This document shows positions 38,135 to 50,135 of a stretch of 64,000 bases of DNA, piece after piece (the first letter of the stretch is position 1; each line of letters opens with the position of its first letter). The stretch spans positions 29,326,001-29,390,000 of the forward strand of contig NC_090350.1 in the NCBI RefSeq assembly GCF_035084215.1, given 5' to 3'. The position numbers and the translations under genes were made by a program. A model generated the notes under the pieces. The model was given only the letters and a program-made list of their open reading frames with translations. It did not search any database and had not been told where the DNA came from. This stretch comes from Heptranchias perlo (lineage: Eukaryota).

Positions 38135-40185
38135 GGGCTCGATTTTAGGAGCGTGTTTCCGGCGGGTTCCCAGCGGGGTGGCCCCGAAAATCCCGATCTC
38201 CGGTCACGTGACCGGATCGCGACGAAATCCCGGCCACTTCCGGGTACCGCGCTGACGTGCGGGGCTGCGCGCGCAAGCCCCGCTGGTGGGAATCCCGCAG
38301 GCAATTAAAGCCAGCGGGGTTCCACTTGAGAGTACTTAACTTGCTCGTTGTGGTCAGTTAATGAGCTGAAGCAGCTGTCAAAAGAGGAAGTGTGGGATTT
38401 TAGGTTCAAGGCAGTGAGTTTCCCACACTGGGAGAAACAGTCTCCCTCCAACCAGGCGTGTTGCAGCCAGCAGCCTGTGGCAGGTGCCAAGGTGCACTCC
38501 ACGGGGGAGAGCCCTCACCCACGCAGGAGGCCACCGCGTCACATAGGGCAACCCCTGCCCTCCACCACCCCCCGCCAAGCCAGAGGACAGACCGACACGA
38601 AACCGCAGCCCCAGTCCGAGGAACCACACACCTACCCTGCACAACCCCTCAGACCAACACCTGCCAGTTGGGTGGTGTGTGGACACCCTCGGAGGACGAA
38701 GAGCATGACCAGCACCAGCAGCCTCGCAGTCCACGCCGTCCGCCTCAGAGACGTGGATCCCCCCAACACGGTGTTGTTGCACGCCCACCTGCACAGCAGG
38801 AGGGAGGGCTACCGCAGAGAGAGACGCGTCGCAGAGGGCACTACCCTCGCCACAGGGTCCACAGACCGAGGCGCAGCTCCCCGGACCTCTTCGAGCAGCA
38901 GTGCACAGGGAGGCGCAGATTCGCTCGACATGTAGTCGTGGAGATCTGCAGCCTCTTTCATGCCGAGCTGCTCCTGGCTGGCCCCAGCACCAACTGCTTA
39001 ACTGTCGCTGGCAAAGTCACCACTGCCCACCACACCTTCTCCTCCGCATCCTTCCAGGGTGCAGCCGGCTACACCGCCGATGTCTCTCAGTCGTCTGCGC
39101 GGACGAGCCCTGCAAATACACCTGCACCTACTCTGCAGTAACACGATGGGTGGCATCAGTGGTGGGTCCTCATAGTGATACCCAGGAGCGGGCATTATTG
39201 GACACAACGGACAGGATTTGTGGAGACATGGCAGTGGTGGTGTCAATATAATGTGTGCTGTTTGTTGCTCTGAAATTCAATATGGGTAACACCCATGACA
39301 AACCCTCAGACACCCTTGTGCATCCCCTTCATGCTCACGACACGTTTGCCTTACGCTGCCTACTGCACATATGTGATGCATGCCCTGTGGCTGCAGCACA
39401 GGTGGTGGCAGGTTGAGTGAGGCTGGCCGTGAGGGAGATGCACGAGAGGGTGAGTATGGGATGGAGCCATGAGATTGTATGAGGATTGGGTTGCGTGTTA
39501 GTGGCAGGATGAGTACTGGCGAGGTGAGTAGGTGGAGGTAAGATGAGGATGGGGTGTGAGTGGGTATGAAGGGTGATGTGACAGAATAGTGTTGGCGGTG
39601 CCGAAGGAGATGTGGGGTGGGGGCAGTGTTGTGGCAGACGGAGTGTAGGGGAAAGACTTCGTGTTCTCACTGTGGCTGACCTACTGCGGTCATTGCAGCG
39701 CCTCCTGCACTGTATGCAGTTGGGCCATATGTTGGTGGCGCAGGTGACCCCCTCTGCCACCTCGAGCCAGGCCTTCTTGGTGGCAGAGGCAGGCCGCTTC
39801 CTCCCGCCCGCCGGGGGGAAGATCTGTGTCCTCCCCCTCCTCCTCACCCCATCTGATGATACCTGGGGTGAGGCATCATTAAACTGGGAGCAGCCTTCCC
39901 CCTGGGCTGCTCCATGCTGCAATTTGTCCCATTGGTTGCAGCATCTGTCAGTGGAGGACTGCCCCTTTAACTAGAGAGCCTCCAGCTGACAGATCGTACT
40001 GCGCATGCGCAGCCCGACCGACGCGCAGGCCAGCGCCGTGGACCCCGGAGGAGCAGGTAATTGATTCCTATTAGGGTGTTGCCTGCTACGATCGCGTGGG
40101 CAACCCACTAATTTCGCCGTCCGCGTTTTCGACGCTCCCGGAGGACCACCCGCTGGGAACCCGCAGGCCTGCTAAATTCGAGCCC
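38135..40185. mobile_element. Non-autonomous Harbinger (internal deletion derivative)
   Basis: TIR gggctcgattttag / ctaaattcgagccc (13/14); tgt duplicated on both sides. 5'-only transposase (+, ~38704-39110) and Myb/SANT exon (-, ~39670-39917). Confidence 0.92.
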
Positions 40186-40570
40186 TGTATGTTCATCCCC
40201 ATGCTGATTCACTCTCCTTCTACATAGCTTCAGAGCATCATGTATATTAACTTTTTAATTTAGTTTTGAAACTGAGTCTAAATGAAAACAGAACACAATT
40301 TACAACCAAAGTATTATAAAAACAAATTACTCTCAATTTCTAGCACATGTTACTATGTCTCAAGGCTGCCCATATAAGGTGTGTTGAGAAACTGAGAAAT
40401 TCATGTTTAAAACATAAGTAATTGAAGACAGTTATGTTTGGCTTCCGATTATTCCTGAAATAGGGATTTTATTTAATTGTGTGAAGAGATGAATGCTACA
40501 AATGTAAAGACAAAGGGAACAAAGCCTACAGTCAGGTCTGTGTTCAGAAAATCACATTTATATTTTGTAG

Positions 40571-40633
40571 AGAGTGGCTGAAATTGTTGATGATGAAGTC
40601 ATTCCTGAAAAGAGGACAGATCACATTGAAGAG
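40571..40633 (+). CDS. dcdc2b: DCDC2-family coding exon 10
   Basis: RVAEIVDDEVIPEKRTDHIEE, continuing the RxAEIVDEE motif; ttttgtag acceptor, gtaaca donor. Confidence 0.85.
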
Positions 40634-40829
40634 GTAACAGCAGCACTAAAGTCTTTTATTTACAGTGTTACATTCTTTTAGAAAGTGTTCTTTAGTAATT
40701 TCGTCATGTGATAATCCTCCACCTACTACAAGGCCAGGCAATGAAAGCTCCTGTTCACTGTCCTTCCACAGCGCATTCATTTTCATTGAGACATATCAAT
40801 TTTGTTTAAAATATATATATATATATATA

Positions 40830-41170
40830 TGTGTGTGTTCCTTGGAACCGAGCCAGACAAAGCAGGAAAATTCCTGGTTCAATACTTGATTTATGCTGAG
40901 TTAGCTGATCTCAGCTGGGGCAAGAATAAGGGCACTACAATTATCCTCAGTGCCCCTGACTTAGGGAGGAGAAAAATCAGATAGGGCTTTTGCTCCTAAT
41001 TGCTATTCAGTGTTCTATGCTGGGAAGTCTGCGTGGATGGATGTCAAGAGAAGACAGGATCAGACTCAGCTGTAGTGCTAGTGATTAAATAGATTCATTG
41101 TCTAAGCTTAAACATAAAGAACGGCCATTTGTTTAAGGAACTGGAAGGCCAACTAACACCCATAAAATCA
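40830..41170 (+). mobile_element. SINE family B copy
   Basis: tgctgagttagctgatctcagctggg...ggaggagaaaaatcag...; preceded by (TA)n at 40810-40830. Confidence 0.7.
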
Positions 41171-41667
41171 TAGTCCTCCGAATTAGTGCCTTTGGAGAAA
41201 AGGAAAGAAAATTGGGAGGAAATATATTTCTGTCTGTCTCAGAATAAAGTAAACAACTTTACCCATTTTAATGGATTTGCAAGCTCTTTCAGTCTCCCTT
41301 TCATAGAATCTCATTGTTAACAATGATCTAACCTTGATGACTATGCAATCGCACAATAAAAATGTCACATCTATAAATGAAAATAATTGCTTGATTCTTA
41401 TTCTCACAAATTTTCTTCAGCTACAGTCAACCTCTGAATAAAAGTGATTCAATGTTCACACTACTCTCCTGCTCTCCCCGATGTGAACTCTATCTCTGCC
41501 AGACACAAAGTGAGCCTTCAGCACTGACTGCAGCAGCAGGGGCCCCATCACATGAAATGAGGACCTATTCCCCCATGTACAATCCCCCCATGCAGAAAAC
41601 AGTCTTAGTGTCTGTATAAAACCCTGACGGTATATGACTAAGGACAGTCATTGCAATAGACATGTAA

Positions 41668-42410
41668 GGGTGGAAATTCGTTTGGCCATCAGAATTGACA
41701 GCGTGCGGCTAATCACATGGATAGACCTAGAAAGTAAAATTGGTCAGCTGCCCTCATTATCATGAAATAGCATCGCTGCCGGCGGTAGTTGCGCTTTTGA
41801 TTGGCAAATTGCCTAATCGGAGGCATGAATATCGGGTGTCCCTGAGGCTATTTAAAGGCAGCCTGCTCCTCTTAAGATGGAGGCACACTTTGGCTGCAGG
41901 CAACTATAAGACAACTTCCGAACATGGCAGGTCTAGGAGAAGCTTCAAGGGCCCCCCGCTTCTCGGATGCAGCACTGATGGTCTTGGTGGAGGAGATTGG
42001 CAGGAGGACCTCTTCCCACCTGGTGGCAGGAAGATTTCTTGCCAAGCTGCTCGGCTACAGCATCGCCCCCAGCCCATGAATGCAATGTAGGGATAAGGTT
42101 AATGTCCTGACCAGGGTTGCTAAGGTAAGACTCCTAACTATGATCTTGCATCATTCTTTGCACAACCCTACATTAAATGAAGCTCCAGCACACACATTGC
42201 TTCTCTCCCTCGATTACCAGCACTCTCCTCCATTCACTGCAGCACAATTCATTCTATCTCCTTCTGCTCCACACTCTGCACCTTCTACTCTTCTCACTAT
42301 TACTGCCTTCAACTCCTCATACCTCTGCCATCCTTCACACACCAGCACCACTATTCTACCTTGACATGCACACCCTCAAAACATCTCACTAGCCTACCAC
42401 TAACATTCTG
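41668..42410 (+). mobile_element. Harbinger remnant: terminus, Myb/SANT exon (41923-42124) and CT-rich intron
   Basis: MAGLGEASRAPRFSDAALMVLVEEIGRR..., frameshifted, ending ...DKVNVLTRVAK then gtaag; tatttaaa box upstream. Confidence 0.7.
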
Positions 42411-44084
42411 CCTTCTTGAAAACCAGGTCTAAAAAAATTCCCTTAATTAGTTTTGCAGTGTTTTTTGTTGTTCTTCTCTCTTTATTTTATTATAATGTAT
42501 TAAGACCCTACTTCAGGATATATATAAATCCTGGGAGGTTTTGATTTGCTCTTTCTTATACCCGCCCAGAAAAACACGGTGCAAACACTCAGGAAAGAGG
42601 CTGAAGCAGCTTGCGTTCTACTTGCCAATTTACAAATTTTTATATAAAATCTCTCTTGTGCACACACTTCCTGTCTGCACAACTTAACTTCCTATCGTTA
42701 CGTTTGTCACACTTTTTGTGTCAAATTTTTCCCATTACAAATTCCTATGTCTACATTTATAATGGAGTTGTCTATGTAAACTTGTCATTCTGATTATGCA
42801 ATATGGTTACCAGGATCCCACAAATCACTCAAAATGCTTTCTGAAAATTATTTTCAACTGATAATTTTTTTCCTCAGTAACTGAAATTTCTAATGTTTAA
42901 AATAAGGGTTTAAACAAAAAAAATACATATTTCACAATAACATAGTTAAATTTATCCATTGAATTACCTTTTGTGTCTTAATGCTTTCATTAAAGTTTTT
43001 ACTTGAAGGCCTCAGCCTCTCCCAAAAGCCTGGACTTGGACTTGATGGTTTTGCCCAGAGCATGGATTCCATGAGCTTAATTTGGATCGTGCAGTCTGAA
43101 TGTCTGTGGTGTACCTATTCTCCAGGATGCATCAATACCATTCAGTCAGCTATATACTGATTGAATCTAAAGAAAAATATTCCATCAGTTTCTTTTCAAA
43201 GGTTTTTGAGAATTATTTGAAGAAAAACTAAAGGACAAATTTCAAAATCGTTATTCAAGTAAAATTTATATTGAGTGTGAAAATAATGACACACCTGTTG
43301 CAGCTTTTGTTTAGTGTATTATGAATTTTAGAAAGTGCATTAAGCTCAGCGAGACAGTGGGGCCAATTTTTGCGCAGACTGTGAGCAGAGCAATTGCATG
43401 GCTCACCTCATGGCACCAACAAAAGGCCCAAGCTATTTTCATGGTCAGGCCTAATTTAAATTGATCAGTGAGCTGCCAGCTCTGAATGAGCGCTGGCAAG
43501 CAGCTCGCCAATCGGGGTGTGGGAAATCCGGCCACTTCTCTGCGGAGCCAAGCTGGAAGTAGGCCCTTTAAGGGTGGCACAGAGGGACTGAGAATAGGTC
43601 AGAAGATTTTTATGGGGTCAGGAGGGGCATCCATGCTCCACAAAACTCAGTGTGACAGTTTTTTCCTCTCTCTCAGAGCGGTCCCTATAAAGACCATAGG
43701 TTCAGCTGCTCAACACTTAATTCCATTGGTTGGCCTTATAGTGTCCTTCCTCATTGTAATTTTCATCTTTCAAAAAAAAGTTGCATTTAAAAATTAACAG
43801 CCTCTAATGATCACATCTGATTATCACTTATGTTGAGAGTGCAAACTGCCTAATTATCACCTGTGTTCAGTTGACAGTTAGAAAATGTAAGCATTCTAAT
43901 CGCTAACTGCAGTCAGGGATAGAGACCCAAGAGCAAAGATACGCACAGGGTATGTTTCTTCATTAAATTTGTTTTCTTCTCAAAAAAACAAATGAGTTGA
44001 ATTTTGAAAGCCCTAAATACCACTTGTTTTATTGATTGTTAACAGTTATAATGGTAAACATTTTCCAACAGTTGTGAGAGAGAG

Positions 44085-44430
44085 AAAGAAAGAGCATGCA
44101 TTTGTATAGAGCCCTTCGCATTCTCAGGATGTCCCTCACAGCTAATGAAGTACATTTAAAATGTAGCCACTGTTATAATGTAGGGAAACGTAGCAGCCAA
44201 TTTGAGCACAGCAAAGTCCCACAAACAGCAATGAGATAAATGACCATACAATCCACTTTAGTGTTGTTGATTGAGGGATAAATCTTGGCCAGAAAACTGG
44301 GAGAACTTTTCTGCAAATAGTGCCATGGGATCTTTTTCATCCACCTGAGCAGCTGAGACATTGGATTAATTTCTCATCTGAAAGATGGCACCTCCAACAG
44401 TGCAGCTGTTTCTGAGGTGTCAGCCTAGAA
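44085..44430 (-). mobile_element. DeuSINE (SacSINE1-like) copy
   Basis: Homologous to 55515-55920. Confidence 0.75.
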
Positions 44431-44529
44431 ATTGGCGAGCTCTGCGCCCGTTTTATAGGCATAAAACAAGTGCCAAAGGGTTCAGGGTGCCAGGTAGTAT
44501 GCACGCACTCATTCCACACCAGAAGTGTG

Positions 44530-44800
44530 CTGCTCAACTTTCTTCACCCAACCATTCATGGATGTGCCTTCAGCTTTCTAGGCCCTAAGCTCTGGAACTC
44601 CCTCCCTAAACTTCTCCACCTCTCCACCTCTCTCTCTCTCCTCACTTAACACACTCCTTATAATCTACCTCTTTGACCAAGCTTTTGATCACCTGTCCTA
44701 ATGTCTCCTTCTTTGGTTCAGTATCAATTTTTTGTCTGATTACACTCCTGTGAAGGGTCTTGGGGCATTTTACTATGTTAAAACCGCTATGTAAATGCAA
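44530..44800 (+). mobile_element. L2 LINE 3' end
   Basis: AFSFLGPKLWNSLP motif and tail gctatgtaaatgcaa. Confidence 0.75.
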
Positions 44801-44801
44801 T

Positions 44802-45472
44802 GGGTTGGTTGGGGGCGGGTGGGAAGGTAAAAATTGTAAAAAAATAAAACTCGACCCCAACCCATCTACATCCGGTTTTAACAGAGGCAGGTCAAGGGGC
44901 AGGCGACCAATCCACTCTCAGGAGGCGGGTCGGTCAGTAAAATCTTTTAAGGAGGCTGCGGGCCTCCATTTTAATAGGTTTTTTATTTTTAACTCCTGGG
45001 GGCCGAGATTCCCGGGCCTTCTGATTCTCACCACTTAAGAGGAGGTGAGAAGGCCCAGATCAACAGGTAAGTGCCTTTATTGCCCTGCTTGTGGGCCAGG
45101 AGGAGCAGGAATGTTTCCTCCAGGCCCAACAAGCCCACCTGCCGTGAGCACACACACACAAGCCGACCCCCTCCCCATGTCCGACCTGCTCCCCCATGAT
45201 CTCCGACCCCCCCCACGACCTCAGACCACCCTGTTGTCTGACCCCCCCCACAAAGACTGAGCACCCCCCCAAAGACCGATTGCCCCCCTCTTCCCCCGAT
45301 CTAAGACTTACCTGCTGGCATCCGCTTCCTGGCTGCTCTCCTATCTGAGGCTATCGAGTGGGAAACCTACTGAAAAAAATTGTAGGGACATCCCATACTT
45401 CTATGTTTCCCATCCGGAAATCCCCCTCCCCCCCCACTCTGCTCTCTTCCCAGCTCCCCATTAAAATTTACT
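44802..45472. mobile_element. Non-autonomous Harbinger-like element with C-rich internal repeat
   Basis: 44995-45140 is similar to 51015-51160; ccga-ccccc repeats; ends cccattaaaattt. Confidence 0.6.
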
Positions 45473-45498
45473 CCATTATGTCAATCTATTACAATCTA

Positions 45499-45708
45499 TG
45501 ATGTGGAGATGCCGGTGATGGACTGGGGTTGACAAATGTAAGGAATCTTACAACACCAGGTTATAGTCCAACAGTTTTATTTGAAAATCACAAGCTTTCG
45601 GAGGCTTTCTCCTTCGTCACCTGACGAAGGAGAAAGCCTCCGAAAGCTTGTGATTTTCAAATAAAACAGTTGGACTATAACCTGGTGCTGTAAGATTCCT
45701 TACACATG
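45499..45708. mobile_element. Penelope-like fold-back mini-insertion (second subfamily)
   Basis: ~83-bp inverted arms meeting at cgtca-cc-tgacg; 35-nt tail; duplication ttacaatcta at 45489-45498 and 45709-45718. Confidence 0.92.
45617..45653 (+). ncRNA. Minimal hammerhead ribozyme motif
   Basis: tcac-CTGACGA-a-ggag-aaagc-ctcc-GAAA-gctt-gtga. Confidence 0.78.
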
Positions 45709-45884
45709 TTACAATCTAGTTGCAGCCTCTGACCACTAGGTGGCTTTCTGGAGTGAGTTTCTGAAGAATCTTTCTCTACTCCATTGCTATCTTGTGTACA
45801 AAAAAGAGTAATATTTCTTAACTGACCATGAGCAACATCACAGGCAATTTACTAGTCCTATATTAAAAAAAAATCAATGATTGG

Positions 45885-46300
45885 TTCCCCAAATAGCCTA
45901 GCAGGTAAGTGCACCATCCAGACCAGGAAGGTCCCAAGTTTGATCACCGGTCTGTATTGAGTTACTCGACCTCTGTCAAAGCAGCATTTGGGCCACTAAT
46001 CGAGTTTCAGGGATTTCCGTGGCACTCCTGCCAATGTTACGGCGGAAGTGCAGGAGAAGTCCTGTGGAATTTTTTCCTCCTATGATTGGCTTCATTGTCC
46101 TGTTGTAAGTAAAGGACAAAATCAACCAGCCAGGAATTCAGTAATTCCTGTTGGAAAGTGCGTGTGTGGATGCTCGTTGAGGGCAGGGTTGGGCTCGGCT
46201 GTGATGCCTCTTTGATTGAATAGCCTGCTGGCATTCACTGCCTAGGCTCACGTGAGAAGTGGGCCGTCAACAGCCTGTGGGACCATGAATCAGCGCCTTC
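45885..46300 (+). mobile_element. SINE family B copy
   Basis: tRNA-like head (cagaccaggaaggtcccaagtttgatc) and body ctgttggaaagtgcgtgtgtgga...gctcggctgtgatgcc. Confidence 0.65.
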
Positions 46301-46660
46301 AGCAAAAGAGAAAAAAAGAGAAACTGAGGGCAAAAAAAATCTCGAAACTGCATTGAAAAAATTCATTTAATGTTGTAGTATGTTTGTACATTTATTTATC
46401 TTTATCATCCTCTTTAACTTATTTTAAATGTAACTGTAAATGAGCTTTTGGCTAAATTGAAAATGTCACCCAAGTAAGGCTCAGCTCCATTTGTTACCGA
46501 TTGTATCAAGTGCCCACATCTAGCTTAGATTTTAAAAGTCAACTATTAATAAATAAAATATAAACAGTTCCATTTGTTGTGTATGGTGTTTATTGGCTAT
46601 AGTGTGCACTTCACATGTAACTGATCTTTTCTCTCATTTTTTCCCTGTAAGGTTTTATAG

Positions 46661-46699
46661 CCTAACCTCAATGAAGCCTCCAGAGAGACAGAAGATTGA
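46661..46699 (+). CDS. dcdc2b: Candidate terminal coding exon of the DCDC2-family gene
   Basis: Strong pyrimidine tract at 46625-46646. Phase-0 read from AG 46659-60 gives PNLNEASRETED*; aataaa at ~47000. A competing AG at 46650-51 gives a shorter end. Confidence 0.35.
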   Translation, partial: PNLNEASRETED

Positions 46700-48484
46700 A
46701 AACAAGGCAAATGTCCACTGACACAGTGTTCAGATGGAAAAGACAAGCCCATTCTTTTCTCCTAGTCGGATACACTGAGACACGGAGCGATCATCCAGCT
46801 AGCTATTTGATTTCCCCATTGCAAGTACAATCGCAGACTGACCCTGGAACTGTTCCTAGAGGTAGTGCACAGAGTGCATTTATCCCAGCTACTGATCATA
46901 CCACAGCTACAGATAATAGAGATCGCTCTGAACTCAGCATGTTATTGTACTTCAATTAATAACAGGCACTTCACAACACTAGGATTTTAAAGAAAATTAA
47001 AATAAAATGCTTTGAATCAAACTTAAATTAAAATGAATGAAATGTGCTCATAATGTTTTTTTTTTGTCTGGGAATTGGGTGGGTTATACACTGCCCTTTC
47101 ACCTGAGGATCCTGAATGCAAAAAAAAAGTTCTCTTTCTCTGGGCTGGATTTTCCTTTTGTGGCAAGAAAAATAGGGAGATGTGTCATGTCGCTGCAATC
47201 CCACCACAATAAATAGCCTGCAGAATTGTTCTCCCAGAAAGCTGCCATTCACCATTGGCATCTGAGTCAAGAGCCTGTTCCACTGCACATAATTGGGGTT
47301 GGGTGGGCACGATCAAGCTGTCCCTACAATTAGCGCCCCTAACCCAACATTGAGAAACAACGCCACTATATAGATGGTGATCAGAGTAGCACAGCGGAAT
47401 CCCTGAGGTGGATAGCAAATAGAGGAGACCATCGTTGGAGAAATTTATTGCATGTTTTTGGAGAAATATTTGGGCTCAGGACCACTGAAGAGTTATCCTG
47501 CCATTTACAATGTGTTATGAGAAAATTACAATTTTTAGAGTGGAGAGATGGATTTTCCTAAGAATTTCCTGTGTTAGAAAGAGGAGGATAATGATATGGA
47601 ATATACGAGTTCGTAGGAATGCAGATGGCACTTATTTTCAACACATTGATACCGACTCCACAGGGTTTATAGACCTTGCAGGTCCTATCTTGATTTTTTT
47701 CATGAGGTAATGCATGAGGCTGCTCTTCCCCCGGGAGGCTATTGGCGAGTTATGCCAACTGCTGGCTGCAGATTTGCAGCCCAACTCAACAAAGAGCACA
47801 GCCTCGTCAGTGGCTGCTAAGGTGCCACAGCACTGAACTTTTCTGCCGCTGGATCATTTCAGGCAGCCATAGGTGATTCAATCACATAAGTCAATCTGCA
47901 GTGCACCATGGTATCAAGAAGGTGACAAATGCTCTATTCAGGTGGACCTCATGATTTATATTCTTCACTATGGACCCTGACAAGGAACATAAATGTCCTG
48001 TGAGCTTTTATGGAGGAGCAGGATTCCCCCAGATATATGATGCATTCAAAGGAACTCATTGTTGCATTGAAGGTCGCGTTTGAGAACTCCCTAAATTTTA
48101 TAAACCGAAAGGGGTATCATCAAGGTTCTATCTCCAACAATGGTCTCATCTAGTGTGCGATACCAGCTACATGATCTTGAATGTGAATGTTTGTTACCCA
48201 GGAAGCTGTTTTTGTATTTTGACCTAATACCTGCATTGATGAATTAGAATACAGTATTGGGTTGGTTGATTGGAGATCAGAGGATACTCCCTGCATCCTC
48301 AGCAGATGACACCTGTCCAGCAACTAATTTCCACAACGCAGAACAGGTAAAGCAGGGTGCTGGGATCCACCAGAATTGTTATACAGCAAGCAATCAACAG
48401 GTTGAAATCCTGTTTCAAGTGCCTTGATAGATCTGTAAACAATTTTACAACACCAAGTTATAGTCCAACAATTTTATTTGAAAA

Positions 48485-48521
48485 TCACAAGCTTTCGGAG
48501 GCTTCCTCCTTCCTCAGGTGA
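48485..48521 (-). ncRNA. Minimal hammerhead ribozyme motif
   Basis: Minus strand tcac-CTGAGGA-a-ggag-gaagc-ctcc-GAAA-gctt-gtga. The mirror copy at 50402-50438 has the core mutated to CTGGGGA. Confidence 0.78.
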
Positions 48522-48796
48522 ATGTCAAGAAATCCTCGAACCTTTCGCATTTATAAATCACAGAACAATACCTGGTGATTACAGATAGTCTTTCCAACTG
48601 CCCGTTGCCAAGGCAATCAAAGTGTTCAGACAGAGAGGTGTTACCTACAGGGCCACCGAATATACAAACAACCAAAAAAAAACAGAGAGAGAGAGAGAGA
48701 GAGGCAGAAACATAGAAACATCCGGAAGGAAGAGAAAGACAGCAAATGACCCGTTATATTAAAAACAGATAACTTTTGTTCGCTGGTGGGGTTGCG

Positions 48797-49565
48797 TGTA
48801 GCGTGACATGAACCCAAGATCCCGGTTGAGGCAGTCCTCATGGGTGCGGAACTTGGCTATCAATTTCTGCTCGACGATTTTGCGTTGTCGTGTGTCTCGA
48901 AGTCCGCCTTGGAGTACGCTTACCCGAAGGTCGGTGGCTGAATGTACTTGACTGCTGAAGTGTTCCCCGACTGGGAGGGAACCCTCCTGTCTGGCGATTG
49001 TTGCGCGGTGTCCGTTCATCCGTTGTCGCAGCGTCTGCATGGTCTCGCCAATGTACCATGCTCTGGGGCATCCTTTCCTGCAACGTATGAGGTAGACAAC
49101 GTTGGCCGAGTCACAGGAGTATGAACCATGTACCTGGTGGGTGGTGTCCTCTCGTGTGATGGTGGTATCTGTGTCGATGATCTGGCATGTCTTGCAGAGG
49201 TTACCGTGGCAGGGTTGTGTGGTGTCGTGGACGCTGTTCTCCTGAAAGCTGGGTAATTTGCTGTTTGAGGCTGGGTGGCTGTTTAAAGGTGAGTAGTGGA
49301 GGTGTGGGGATGGCCATAGCGAGGTGTTCGTCGTCATTGATGACATGTTGAAGGCTGCGGAGAACATGGCGTAGTTTCTCCGCTCCGGGGAAGTACTGGA
49401 CGACGAAGGGTACTCTGTTGGTTGCGTCCCGTGTTAGTCTTCTGAGGAGGTCTATGTGATTTTTCGCTGTGGCCCGTTGGAACTGTCGATCGATGAGTCG
49501 AGCGTCATATCCCGTTCTTACTAGGGCGTCTTTCAGTGTCTGTAGGTGTCCATCGCGTTCCTCCT
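48797..49565 (-). pseudogene. Mirror copy of PLE GIY-YIG ORF (frameshifting deletion near 49262)
   Basis: Same protein on the minus strand. It lacks a short segment present in the plus copy and extends further into the RT thumb/linker. Confidence 0.9.
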
Positions 49566-50135
49566 CATGTCATCAATGACGACGAACACCTCGCTATGGC
49601 CATCCCCACACCTCCACTACTCGCCTTTAAACAGCCACCCAACCTCAAACAGACCATCGTTCGCAGCAAATTACCCAGCTTTCAGGAGAACAGCGTCCAC
49701 GACACCACACAACCCTGCCACGGTAACCTCTGCAAGACATGCCAGATCATCGACACAGATACCACCATCACAAGAGAGGACACCACCCACCAGGTACATG
49801 GTTCATACTCCTGTGACTCGGCCAACGTTGTCTACCTCATACGTTGCAGGAAAGGATGCCCCAGAGCATGGTACATTGGCGAGACCATGCAGACACTGCG
49901 ACAACGGATGAACGGACACCGCGCAACAATCGCCAGACAGGAGGGTTCCCTCCCAGTCGGGGAACACTTCAGCAGTCAAGGACGTACAGCCACCGACCTT
50001 CGGGTAAGCGTACTTCAAGGCGGCCTTCGAGACACACGACAACGCAAAATCGTCGAGCAGAAATTGATAGCCAAGTTCCGCACCCATGAGGACGGCCTCA
50101 ACCGGGATCTTGTGTTCATGTCACGCTACACGTAA
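49566..50135 (+). pseudogene. PLE ORF C-terminus: Cys-rich linker + GIY-YIG endonuclease (5'-truncated, frame open)
   Basis: PPNLKQTIV, CxxxxCKTC, CDSANVVYLIRC..C...YIGET...LRQRMNGHR, VGEHF, R..VEQKLI, GLN. Confidence 0.93.

Noticed and set aside
38348-38935. 195-aa and overlapping ORFs
   Set aside because: Alternative frames of GC-rich Harbinger sequence.
41421-41619. Open 65-codon frame after a good acceptor as a dcdc2b exon
   Set aside because: The long frame needs a phase-2 donor but exon 10 ends in phase 0; no family similarity recognised.
49536-50135. Homing endonuclease or bacterial UvrC-like gene
   Set aside because: Cys-rich linker, pseudo-LTR, hammerhead and tail identify a Penelope-like retroelement; the ORF start is an inversion-junction artefact.
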